This document shows, piece by piece, positions 12,639 through 24,909 of a stretch of DNA of 64,000 nt. The DNA is from Octopus sinensis (lineage: Eukaryota). A program made the translations under genes and the position numbers. The DNA lies in assembly GCF_006345805.1 (NCBI RefSeq), contig NC_043012.1, positions 48,050,001 through 48,114,000 on the forward strand, in the 5' to 3' direction. Each line of letters opens with the position of its first letter. Position 1 is the first letter of the stretch. The notes beneath the pieces were generated by a model. It worked only from the letters and a program-made list of their open reading frames with translations, was not told the DNA's origin and made no database searches.

Positions 12639-14605
12639 ATATATATATACATGCACGAAATTGCAACTCAGTTATATACATATACTTCCATAGAGAACTG
12701 CTGGAAAAGGCTATCAATAAATGGATAGTGCCAGTGAGAATCTTATACACATACACTCAGATAATTGGATGCGCTGGGGTTTATGTGAGTTGCGTAGTTT
12801 ACAAATAATAATTGATGTTGTAGTTCGTAGTTCCATATTGTATTTTGGTGAGTTGCAATGCTAATTTTTCTAAGAATGATGTTGTGTCACGCAAAATAAC
12901 ACCACATGTTATGCACTCTGTCGCGTTCTTTTTTCTAATCCGAACAAGGAAATACCGAATAAATATTCATAAACCTGTTAAGTTTATATACGTATATACA
13001 TATATATATATACGTATATACATTATATATATATATGCACACACACGTGCAGTTTGCATGCGTGCATGTATGTGTTTTTGGACTTCATGCATTTTATTTG
13101 TGGTTATCTATTCCACAGAAGCATAAGTTTTTTTGTCTGCGGGAATATGCACATATAGCTGATAGAAACATACGTGCATATTCTATTGAATTTCTTCTGT
13201 AACTTAACACAAGCAGATTCATTAAAGCTTCTTAATATTCAGCGTATTTGCATTAAATATATTAGATAATACAAGCCAATTACTTTAAGTCGACATGTGC
13301 TACCTTAGCAGTATTTTTTTATATGTGAAATTTTGATTTGAATACATCCTTCATGAGTATTTAGCGATTATTATTATGTATATTCCAAAATTGCAATAGA
13401 CGGAGAAATGTCTAATTCTATTAGTATGGATGGTCGGCCGAATTTACACACTTTGCTCTGAATTAAGTCTTACATGTTTATTTGTGTTTTTTATAAAGCA
13501 ATAATAGTTACTTTATAATATAGGTTTCATTATTTTCGTGATCCTAATCTTGATGGCCTGCCTGTCTTCACACAACAGAAAAATATTGAAAATATTTTCA
13601 ACAGATTTTGTTTATCTTTTTCCAAATTCCGTCAGTTTGTTTCCAGAAGCTATGAGTTATTTTTTATAGTTTGAATACTGACTTCATTGTAAAGACAATG
13701 TCGTATATTTCCTAGTAGTTGCAGATGATGAACCAACAATGGCATTTGTGTTTACCCCAGATGAAATTCCCTTGGTAGGTGCAACATAATATCGACGAAG
13801 AGAAGAATAGAAACGGGCAATATAGTGTAGGCTAAGAAAAGACGAAACTTTTTGTGAATGGAAGCATAATATAATAACTAAGATGTATTATTATCAGATA
13901 TTTGTGTGAATATGTAATCCTAGTTGGTTGAAATGATATTTTCTATATGAATATAAATGGTTTTGAAGATGTTCGTCACCGTGGAATATCTCATTGTCTT
14001 TTTTGAATGATTTTGCTTCAAGTTTTCTCCTAGTTCAAAAGCATCTGAATATTGGAAGAATCTTCTGTTTAAACCCAAACATTTTCTTTTCAAATCTACA
14101 TGTCAGCTAATTTGTAGTGCCCCCCAAAATTTTAAAGCATTGGCTATTTCTTTAAATTTCCTTATATCATGGCTATTTTACTTGTAAGCTTTTCTGCTTC
14201 ACTGGTTTTCTTTCAGACATGGTATCTAACTCATAAACCTTTTCTTTTTCCAAAGTAATATCTGTCCAGTGAGCATGCAAAATATCCCTGCATAAGGCGG
14301 TTCCTTTACTTTTATTGTTGACTGCGTGATGCAGTGTTTTCATACTCATGGTGCTATCTTATCGTATAGTAAGCCTGAATCTGTTAAAATGTATCATATA
14401 TAATAGATTCCATGAAATTATTTACCGATAAGTACTAAAAAGTCTCGCTTTTTGAGGCTTTCTCCAAGATATTAAAATGATAAATTCGCTATATAAATTT
14501 AAAAAATAGTCTCTTCTCTATCAAATGTTATATAAATAGATATATACATATATATGTGCGCGCCTGGGTATGTGGGTATGCGTGTGCGTATAAGTATAAG
14601 CGGAT

Positions 14606-14943
14606 GTGTATCTCCCGGCCCGAGAGGGTCGTGAAATCTCTGAACCACCTTCCGTGATAGGGATAGGAACCAACGACGTGAACAAGGAACTCCCTGTAAC
14701 GAGGAATATCAGCCCACGTCGATCACGTCTATGCCCTTTGTACACACCGCCTGCCTCTATTATCGATCGAACAGTCCGGTGAGGGTCTCGGACCAAGCTG
14801 ACGAGTATGGTTAAGTGCGGCGGCATTCCACACCGTCGTTGGCGTGTTCTCTCATGGCCCGGAGTGACGACCAAACCCGATCGCTTAGAATTAGTAATAG
14901 TCGTAACAAAGTTTCCGTATGTGAACCTACAGAAGGATCGTTA
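14606..14943 (+). pseudogene. 18S rRNA 3'-terminal fragment (decayed rDNA copy)
   Basis: Contains tgccctttgtacacaccgcc and ends gtcgtaacaaagtttccgtatgtgaacctacagaaggatcgtta (universal GTCGTAACAAGGTTTCCGTAGGTGAACCTGCGGAAGGATCATTA with 5 mismatches). Confidence 0.92.
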
Positions 14944-15242
14944 CCGGTTCGCACGCGGCTTTGTAGCTGCAGTAGTCTTCTGCCGTCCGCGAGCTGCCCG
15001 TCCACTCTCGTCGGCGCCCGACAACGCGCCAACAACCAACGGTGCCACTTGCGAGACAGAGTAGCAATCGGCTCTTTTCATGTTTCGTTCATTTATTTAT
15101 TTTTTGTTCCCCATTTCCCCTGTCCGTCACAGCCTCCCCAGGCGTCGCAGCGACAGGCAATGATCGCGGAATGATCCTTTGCCGCCACTCAATAACAACG
15201 ACCGTGTAACGTTTCAGAAGTCAGTAGTAGTAGCAAGTATCG
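14944..15242 (+). other. ITS1 of the rDNA pseudogene
   Basis: GC-rich spacer between the 18S end and the 5.8S-like sequence. Confidence 0.75.
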
Positions 15243-15393
15243 AAATCCTGAACGGGAGATTACTCGGCTTCTCCATCGATGAAAACTGGCTATCAACATG
15301 AACTGATGCGAATAGCCGAACTTGGTGAACATCGCCACTTCGAATGCTCATTGGGGCCCCGGGATACCATCGTCCCGGGGTCCTGATCAGTCG
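15243..15393 (+). pseudogene. 5.8S rRNA (decayed), followed by about 60 bp of ITS2-like sequence
   Basis: gattactcggct...tcgatgaa...tgaacatcgccacttcgaatgctcattggggccccgggataccatcgtcccgggg: 5.8S motifs with the GC-rich 3' hairpin (15357-15380). Confidence 0.8.
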
Positions 15394-15461
15394 AAAAGTG
15401 GATGTGACACGAAAACGCTCTCCGAGAATGCTGGGTAGTCTGGAGTCGCTGGAATGTATGC

Positions 15462-15508
<47 letters not shown>

Positions 15509-15514
15509 ATTTAC

Positions 15515-15952
15515 GGAATTTCAGCTGGTATTTGGAAGAGGGAAACACAAGACCGTGATAGATGCAGGAAGATAGTGTATGATGGTTGTTCAAGGTTTGA
15601 GAAGGAGAGAGTGAGGCATGAGAGAATAAGGAGGGGGCTTAGAAGCTGGGAAACTGTGGAAGTGAGAGTATTGCTTCCTATGTGTGTGGTTTGTGGGTGG
15701 AGGTGTCTGAGTCGTGCATACCTGGTAAGCCATCAACATTCTCATAGAAATCGCCCCATGATAAACAATGATGTGGCTATTACAATTCATAACAGAACGT
15801 GTGTAAAATATGGAAGGTTGTGCCTCTCAGCTGGAAGTCTAAAAAGACATGCTAAGAGAGTGCATATGGCGGCACCTGCCAGCCAGAACAGTTGTCTAGC
15901 ATGTAATAAAATGTGTAAAAGCTTGGCCGGCCTTAAAAGTCATATAAGGGCT
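15515..15952 (+). mobile_element. RTE-like LINE C-terminal fragment with three C2H2 zinc fingers
   Basis: GISAGIWKRETQDRDRCRKIVYDGCSRFEKER (RTE W..A.DR..WR..V..G..FE motif), then CVVC-x12-H-x3-H, CVKY-x12-H-x4-H and CLAC-x12-H. Confidence 0.7.
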
Positions 15953-16053
15953 GGTCCGGATGACAGTTCTGAGAGTCAAAGAGAAAGATCGTCCCAAGGG
16001 AATAACATTACAAGAGTGTTTTGGAGTACATTCAACGTATCTCAGCTCCAAAG

Positions 16054-16164
16054 ATTTGGCTGATATTTCTAGCACACCCTGCTACCACGTAAGAACTATT
16101 TGCGATAAAGGACCCGAAGCACCTGTTACGTGATAGCAGGACGTGCAAGAAATAGCAGCCAAAT
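16054..16164. repeat. Small fold-back element (39-bp arms, 33-nt loop)
   Basis: atttggctgatatttctagcacaccctgctaccacgtaa ... ttacgtgatagcaggacgtgcaagaaatagcagccaaat, about 5 mismatches. Confidence 0.8.
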
Positions 16165-16353
16165 ATTTTTTTTTCTGAGGAAAGGAGCCGTTTACGCCTG
16201 ATTTCGATGTCACATGCGTTAAAAGAATGCAAAATAACATGGAAAAGAGAACGCCTACGGAATTAAACTCTGTTGCAGGGAAACTCAAACTTTCCATGTG
16301 ACCCAAGAGGTCACGGGTGGTCTAGTATACATACCCGCTCCACACACATATAT

Positions 16354-16497
16354 ATGACTGGCTTCTTTCAGTTTCCGTCTACCAAATCCTCTCACAAAGC
16401 TTTGGTGGGACACCTACCCAAGGTGCCACGCAGTAGGATTGAACTCGGAATGTGGTTAGTAGGCAATATTCTTACCTCACAGCCACGCCTGTATGCG
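16354..16497 (-). mobile_element. SINE family A, 5' half
   Basis: Reverse complement of the family A head and core (ggcttctttcagtttccgtctaccaaatcc...ccaaggtgccacgcagt...cagccac). Confidence 0.8.
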
Positions 16498-17887
16498 TGT
16501 GTGTATACATATATATATAATATAATATATATATATATAGATATATATATATATGCATGTATGTATGTATGTATGTATGTATGTATGTACTACGTAATTA
16601 TGTATGTGGGTGTGTATGCGCATGTTGGCGTGTATGTATATATGTACGTTTGCATTTCTCTGTATATGTGTGTGTTACATATTTGTAACACTGTAACTGA
16701 GTCAGTTATCATTTCTACGTGAAACGTATCTCGACTTTTAATGGTTCGCTTTATTTCTCTGTTCAGGCACCAAAGCTAATTTGCCTGTGTGCAAGTTAGC
16801 AGTGCATTTATGACTCTTATACTGAAAACACTCAGCAGTGAAAACACTCGATATGTAAGTTGATTAGGTAGATTACCAGATGGGATGAACTACCTTTCAC
16901 ATTATAACATCAATGAAGGATTCATTAACCTGAAATATTCAATTGAAATTCTTGTACACAGTTCACAGACATGATTTCCCAAGTTATTTTCAATCGACGC
17001 AGTCCCTACATGAACGCTCTACAAGTTGTAAACCAGGTTCTGCAGGTTTTTCCCTATTTTCTTTTTTAACTTAAAGAACATTTTGAATAAGGCAATCCTA
17101 GAATAATTGTCTAAATTGATTTGATAGCCATACTAAGGTTGTTCTGTGAAAAAAAGGACTGCTGACCAGAACTGCCGAAGAGCATAACAAAGAACAAAAA
17201 GCAGTGACCTCACCATTTCTCCATCCTTTCTTCCTTGTTGCGCCACAAGATCAAAAAGCGACACTTAGAAATTTGCTTTCAAATGCATTGTGTATAAGCT
17301 TGTCATGAAAGTCTGTTGGCTGAATACAAAGGGAGTTGGTTTATTGCTGCCTTTATCCTTTGGCTTTTGCAAGACTTCACCTTGTCGTCTATACCTCATT
17401 CTAAGTGACTGGAGGAAAGTGAACGGTAATATAATGAATTGGCTTTTCTATTTCATTGCTTCTCAACATTTACAGCACCGCAAAAAATAATGTATGGCAC
17501 GTTTGGCTTCCAAGGAATTTGAATGCAAAATGCAGACAACCAGATCAAATACCGCAAGGCATCTTAATCGACGTTATAACAGCTATGCATGTTCGATATT
17601 TCCAGATTCACCTGCGTAAAGTAAAGGATTACACGGTTTCCGGCAGATCTCTTAAGACATAAAGTGTAAGGGGTTTCGATGAAATTTGTTGAAGGTCTCT
17701 ATCCAATAGCCTTTCGCTCTGCTATTGATTATTATTTCAAGTGGGATTGCACAGTATATATTTATTTGAGTGGATTTTGAAATATCTAACCAATATCATG
17801 AATTAATTTTGCATGTACTTACACAGATATTCTAGGAATAGGGGTTATATGTGACAAATGGAAACGTAAATATATCATACATAAATG

Positions 17888-17943
<56 letters not shown>

Positions 17944-18467
17944 CGCACTCACTTTTTGTCGTTCTTTGCATCTCTCTCTGCATATATATATATACATATA
18001 TATATATTCATATATATATATGCATGCGTGCTTGTGTGAGTGTATTTATACGCACAAGCTTACATATACACTAACAAGTAGATTTGTGGGTGTATGTATG
18101 TATGTGCATGTATGTATGTATGTGTGTGTTGTGTGTGTGTGTGTGTGTATTCATGCATTCAGTTATCGGGAAGGATGGAGTTTGGTTTTGTTCTATTTCC
18201 ATGGAAACCCATTTCATAGGAAATAAGATGCCAATTAATAAGTCCCTAGTTTTCTGTTATAACCTCGCCTTCGTCTTTTCAAAGCGAATTGCAAAGCTTG
18301 TAAGGCATTCTTCACTGCGGAGACATAACACAGACATTGCATATAAACGTGTGCAAATAGAAATATGTACGGTTTTTGCAGTTATTATGGTCAGTCTTAT
18401 AGTTATTGATTATACGAGCATGTTTTAACGTGTACGTATAGTATATGCACATGCCTACGTAACTAAG

Positions 18468-18517
<50 letters not shown>

Positions 18518-18677
18518 CGTGATCGTGTTCTCATAGAAATAGGTATAGTATTCTGTATATTTATTATATTCATTAATTGTATACACACCCATTTGTATGC
18601 ATGCATATGCATAGCAAAATGTATATGTAATTATACACACACACACAAACATATATGTATACATATATATATATATC

Positions 18678-18753
<76 letters not shown>

Positions 18754-18857
18754 GTGCGTGTGTGTGCGGGTGTGTATGTTGTATGTATGTATATATATAT
18801 ATTTATATATATATATATAATTTATATATATATATATATATATGGATATATATATTG

Positions 18858-18907
<50 letters not shown>

Positions 18908-19782
18908 TAGATAGATAGATACATTGATAGATAGATAAAGCGATAGATCCATAGATAGATGGTTACGTGTGTATATATGCATAAACATGCATTTTTGTAG
19001 TGTCTGTTTATATTTGTATATATATCTATCTGTTCATCTAGCTTTACAAACACCTATTCTATGCCTATATGTATGTGTCCTCATATGTAAGCAAGTGTGC
19101 GTTGTCGTGCAGCAATATGCCTTTGTGCATGCGTGCGTGCTTCTGTGTCTATGCCTATGTGTGCATGCATCTGCGTTTGTGTATGCGCGCGTCTGTTTGT
19201 AGCTCTATGCGTATATTTCCCACTATGTAAACCCTGCATCAATCTAAATAGGAAGAAAATTGCTTATCACAATATAACTTCTATCATTATAGAACCTAAC
19301 TGCTGTATTCAGCAAACAATGGAACTTATGATGTCGTCTCCATGCATGATGGCATAAATTCAGGTGTATGAAGCCAATAAGGGTTTCTTCTTCGGGCTTT
19401 TATAATATACAGGAGAGGCTTTGTGATCATGTGTTCAATGCATGAGTAAGCACATAATGTACTCACAAGAACAGCGTAAAATCACTCTTATGCTTAGCCA
19501 TAATTTTTGCAATGCTTTGATTGATTGCACTCTGTGGCACAGCGCAGTAATTTATGCGCATATTTATCAAGGTATCCATATTATCGCATCAACTCGTTAT
19601 GTATACATGGCTAAAGATTCAGCTCTATGTTCATAAATATTTTTTTTACGTGCTTATTTCCATATGTTTAGCATATGTCTATCCATGTATATACTGGAAT
19701 GTGTGCATACATACATATGTACCTGCGTCTATGTATTTGTATTTGCGTGTGTGTTTGTTTGTGTTTGTGTATGTTTGTGTAT

Positions 19783-19844
<62 letters not shown>

Positions 19845-20270
19845 GTGTGTGTGTATACCCATACATTTGTCTATGTGAATATATGTATGCGTCGGTGGAT
19901 TATGTGTAACATTTATTCTGCTGCCCATATTTTCTTGTTCTCTTTCCGAAGGCGCCGAGATTCTCGCAGTAGCGCCTCACGTAGTCTTAGGTCTGAGTAT
20001 AAGTTATTTCACTCTAAGTAACTTGACTTAGAATTTTTTTTTTATTTGGTGCATTGCTGCAATTCACAATTCACACCAGTGAGAACCTTAATATCAGTGC
20101 GTGTGTATGTACGGCAGAGTTTACGGTTGTAGTAACCAACTAAGCAATAAAGGTATCCGTATTTACTATCGGTGTTAATTACCTGTGCTATCCCTGGGCA
20201 TGGGTATGCAGACACACTAAGCTCATAGAGTACAGGTGACAACAGAAGGAATAAAAGTATATCAGTAATC

Positions 20271-21314
20271 AAATTTAAATAACCAGAAAATGGAGAAACA
20301 TTTTGATCAACAAATAAATTAGACCATATCGGTAGATTATGTTTCAATACAAAACTTGACATAACATTTCTTACCGCCGTTTCCGCTTCCAATGGAACTT
20401 CATCAGTGTGAATACAAATGCGTAAAATAAAATAAACGAAGGGAAGAGGGAATAGAAAAGAACAGGGCCTCGAGTAGAGGCCAGAAGGCGCAATATATTA
20501 AAATCATACCATCTTGTTGCAGCGTGGAGCTTTGGAGTCGATAGCCAAAAGAGTGAACTAGCAGTGGTCTAGGGAAGTATTTAAGGGTTATTTCTATATA
20601 AAGGGGGCATCAAGATGTCTGAATAGTAGTGAAAGGAAGTTAGCACTAAAATAAGACAATAATTACCGACAACCGTAGGTTTCTTATAAGATGTACTTAC
20701 TGAAATATTGTAGAGGCCACCACCTGTTGTCCGCAGTGGAATTGACCAAAGTCTACCCATCTCTACAATCGGTCGATTATATTTGAACCAAGGACACAAA
20801 TTGAGACCGTTATAGGGGATATGTAAATAAAGAAGTAAACGAACCAGTAAATAAGGGTGCGATGAGAAGACTATAATATAAATAGCACGAGGCCTTCATT
20901 TTCTCAACATAACATAAATAAGAATAAAATATTTATATTATTCTTATTTATGTTTATCGACTTCAAACTCCACTCTGCAAGATCATATGATTTTAACATA
21001 TTGAGTCTCCTGGCCCCTTCTTGGGGCAATGTTCTTTCCTATTCCCTTTTCCCTTCGTTCATTCTATTTTACGCATTCCTATTCACACTGATGAATCTCC
21101 ATATACTACATCGACTGTGCTATGAAGATAACGAACATTATTCTCGAAATTCTTTTGTAAGTACCGACTAATACTGGAAGCGGAAAACGGCCATAAGAAA
21201 TGTTATGTCGAAGAAATGTTATTTCAGGTCTTGTATTAAAAATTAATTTATCGATATGATCCAATTGTTCTTTGTTGATCAAAAGTTTTCTTCATTTTCT
21301 GATTATTTAAATTT
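20271..21314. mobile_element. About 1-kb inverted repeat (arms 20271-20543 and 20955-21314) made of Penelope-like terminal sequence with hammerhead-like cores
   Basis: Arms align by eye at roughly 75-80%, with an insertion of about 70 bp in the right arm; each arm has a pyrimidine-rich tract followed by CTGATGA...GAAAC. Confidence 0.65.
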
Positions 21315-21330
21315 ATACACACACACACGC

Positions 21331-21367
<37 letters not shown>

Positions 21368-21368
21368 G

Positions 21369-21411
<43 letters not shown>

Positions 21412-21962
21412 ATATATATATGTATATATATATATATTAATATATATATATATATATATAGTGTTTTGAATAGTTTAGAAAGAGCATTTCGATAGACGCA
21501 CATGGATCTATGGTATGGTCTTTCCATCATTAACAGGAATCTTACTGAAGAGCCAGCCTGAGTAAATAAATACTATTTTTATTACTGAATTTGGCGAAAC
21601 TGCAGTATAAGAAAAGTTAGTTTGTAAAAGTTTTTAATTCTCATCTCACTAAATTATCCAGCTATTGTGTATCTAGTACACTCTTCGCCTTGAATGTCTG
21701 ATATATGTATAATATATGGCGGTACTGGTACACCGGCGATTATAATTAATTTTATTGTATCGCATTTACTTTGTGTATATTATATAATATATATATATAT
21801 AGATATATATATATAAAATAATATAAAATATATATTTTAAAAATAGGATAAAATCTTTACAAGAATTTATCAAGTAGTCAGCGTGAAAAACCTCAGAAGG
21901 GAAAAAGTATTAATTATTTCCTTTAAATATGTTTATTTATATTAAGAGCATTACTATACATA

Positions 21963-22272
21963 AATGTCTCGCGCTACGAGGGTCTCCTAAGGTCAAAGCT
22001 ATCATAATAAATACATTTTACCGAACTAGAGGGAATTCGACTCTCGAAACGAGTATCTTAAAAACAGATTCAGCCGCAGATCATGTGATTGTATAATTAG
22101 TGCACAAAATGCATTTTTTAATCTTCAGTGCAAGCATAATCAAGACACATAACCTGCGGCTGAATCTGTTTTTAAGATGCTTGCTTCGAGAGTTGCATTC
22201 CCTTGTGTTCGGTAAAATGTGTTCATTATGGCAGTTTTGACTTTAAGAGTCCCTCGTAGTGTGAGGCATGTG
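21963..22272. mobile_element. MITE/fold-back element with arms of about 120 bp
   Basis: ctacgagggtctcc...aaaaacagattcagccgcag mirrored by ctgcggctgaatctgttttt...gagtccctcgtag; internal TA-CGAGGG/CCCTCG-TA resembles mariner termini. Confidence 0.8.
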
Positions 22273-23402
22273 TTCGGTTAGCAATGGCATCACAGACAAT
22301 AGCACCAAGGCTGTATCATCTCCAAGTGACGGTTTTTCTTCTTTGATAAACTTCGATAAACTTCGTTCGTTTGAGGAAGGGACAACTGCATGCATGGGTA
22401 AAAGCTAGTATTTCAGAGAAAATGTCGCCGGTCCTGAGCATAGATGTGCCAAACTTGACAAGCAGAAGTCTTATATATGATCACATAAATAATATATTTG
22501 TGTGTGCGTGTGTATGTATGTTTATATACATAAATTCATATATATATATATATATATATATATGCAGACGTACGTAGATTTAGAAGAATATATAGATGTA
22601 TGCACAGGCACATACATACAAGCAAGTATGGACGTAGATATGTTTTGTAAGGTGGTAGAGTACATCACTATCTGCGAATCTGCACTTTTTCTCTAATTGA
22701 TTCGCCTCCTTTGTACACCTAAACTACACCATCTATTTCTACTGAATGTATTTTGAAGCTGGAGTAAAATGGAATAACTATGTAGTTCCATTGTTTCTCT
22801 TGTTATTGTTTGATTCTGTTCTTGATAAGTTGTTTTCGTTGTTGTTGTTGTTGTTTTGTTTGTCATATTATCATTGCTGCTTCGGCTGCTGTTATTGTTG
22901 TCCTTTCTCGTTATTCAGATATTATTTTTCCTTACAACCGTACATCAGTTAGTGTTTATCAGATGCTCATTTGTGCACTCAAATATTTACCCATCCAACG
23001 AGTTGATGCATTATATATTACAATATTATCTAGATGCGTACATGTGCGTAAGGTAGGCAACATACTAAATGTATATGTATATAAATGAATAAAATAAATG
23101 AATACGTGTATCTAGAAACGTATGCATCTAAGTATGCCTATATATATATATATATATATTGATGCTTGTATATAATAAAAACATGCATAAATATATGAGG
23201 AATATGCATTTTGCATTTTCTTCTTTTTTGCATATATTGATTTTCATGTATAAGCCTAAATAGAACTGCGACTTCGTAAAATGATTTTCTATTTCAGAGT
23301 ACTTGTAATGTAAGTTTCTGCTGTGTGTTTTCATATATATATAAATTGTACAATTTTATATAGAGATTGTTAACTTTAACAATGATCAGAATCAATGCTC
23401 AG

Positions 23403-23467
<65 letters not shown>

Positions 23468-23715
23468 GCGGACACATGTATATGGTGCGTTCATTTATCC
23501 GTTCATGCAATTATATGTGTATGCATACGCGAGTGCATATATAGATGTGTGCATATATACATGCTAGTGTTTATGTTGTAACTAGACATACGAACCTCAA
23601 AATTAATGTAACCAAAGTAATTCTTCACAGAATGTGCTCTACGGAGTACTTAAAATTAGTCGGAGCACAATCTATGCACTGTCTAAGAGTATGGATCCAC
23701 CCTGAGTCATATACA

Positions 23716-23893
23716 TTCATAGGGCCGCTTCCCCGGATTCTTTGGCGTATATAACCTCGCCTGGACGGACGCTGGTATGTCGTCGGAGTATTCGTTTTTG
23801 CCAGCTGAGTAGAGTTGCGCAACGTGAAATGGAATGTTTTGCACTTGAACGCCAACGCATCGCTCGGTCCAGGAACTGAGTGCAACCCCTTAG
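23716..23893 (-). mobile_element. SINE family E fragment (3' region related to family D)
   Basis: Minus strand accagcgtccgtccaggcgaggttatatacgccaaagaatccggggaagcggccctatgaatg parallels the 3' part of the 6664-6956 SINE. Confidence 0.55.
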
Positions 23894-24673
23894 CTACTAA
23901 ACAACTTGACAACACTTTACAAAAAGAATGAAGGGAGAGAATAAATTTTGAATATACATAGAAAATACGTGTTTGATTATGTCACGTTTACCTTCCGAGA
24001 AATGTAGATGTTTCTCTAACTACTCACTTTTCATTTCAGCCAGTATAGTAAGAGACTGATTCTCGTAATGCCATGTAATAAACAACCGTCAGCTAAGAGG
24101 AATTTTAATTACAAACGACTCAGAACGTACATCTGAAATGAAGTGAGCGCGTTGAGATACGGCCTTAAATAGTAAACAAGTTTTATAGTGGAAGAGAAAT
24201 ACATCCTCACTGGTCTGTTGGAAGTATATTGTTAAGAAACTAAAAATATCCTTGGAACGATTTCTGTCTTTACAGGATACTCATGGACCTTACAGTAGGG
24301 TGATGCACACAACATATGTAGGAGCAACTATACATCTTCATAAGATTGAGGGCGACATCTATCCGTTGAAAGTGCTCTGTTGTGTGGACGCTCCCAGACG
24401 ATGAAATAGGCTAGCTCAATTGGTAGATATAGAGGGAGAAGCCTAGACGTCAAGAGTCAAGAGAGTAGTAGAGGCATGCGAACGTGCGACATAACAGTTG
24501 CGACGAGGATTTCGTAGCTCACAGAGCCATGCTCCATGACAAATTTTGAAATTAGTTGGAACTCTGAATCTCTCTCTCTCTTTCTCTCTCCCCTCTCTCT
24601 CTCTCCTCTCTCTTCATACGTATTTATATATTTACATATACATATAATTATTTATGCATATAATTATTTATGC

Positions 24674-24725
<52 letters not shown>

Positions 24726-24909
24726 ATACATATAAATATATACACATGCGCACACACACGCACGCCCACATATATATGTATATATATACATATACAAATA
24801 CATTCAAATAGAGAAAAACAATTAGTTTTAAATCTCTGAACGAGAAGTAAGTAGCAACAGTGCTACAGAGTAAAATTCATTAGCCAAAGTAATTTGGTAG
24901 TTCTCATTC

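Noticed and set aside
13150-14450. Possible ancient DNA-transposon coding remnant (a KTGRPSRL motif on the minus strand)
   Set aside because: Only one short motif, many stops, no TIRs found; not supportable without an HMM search.
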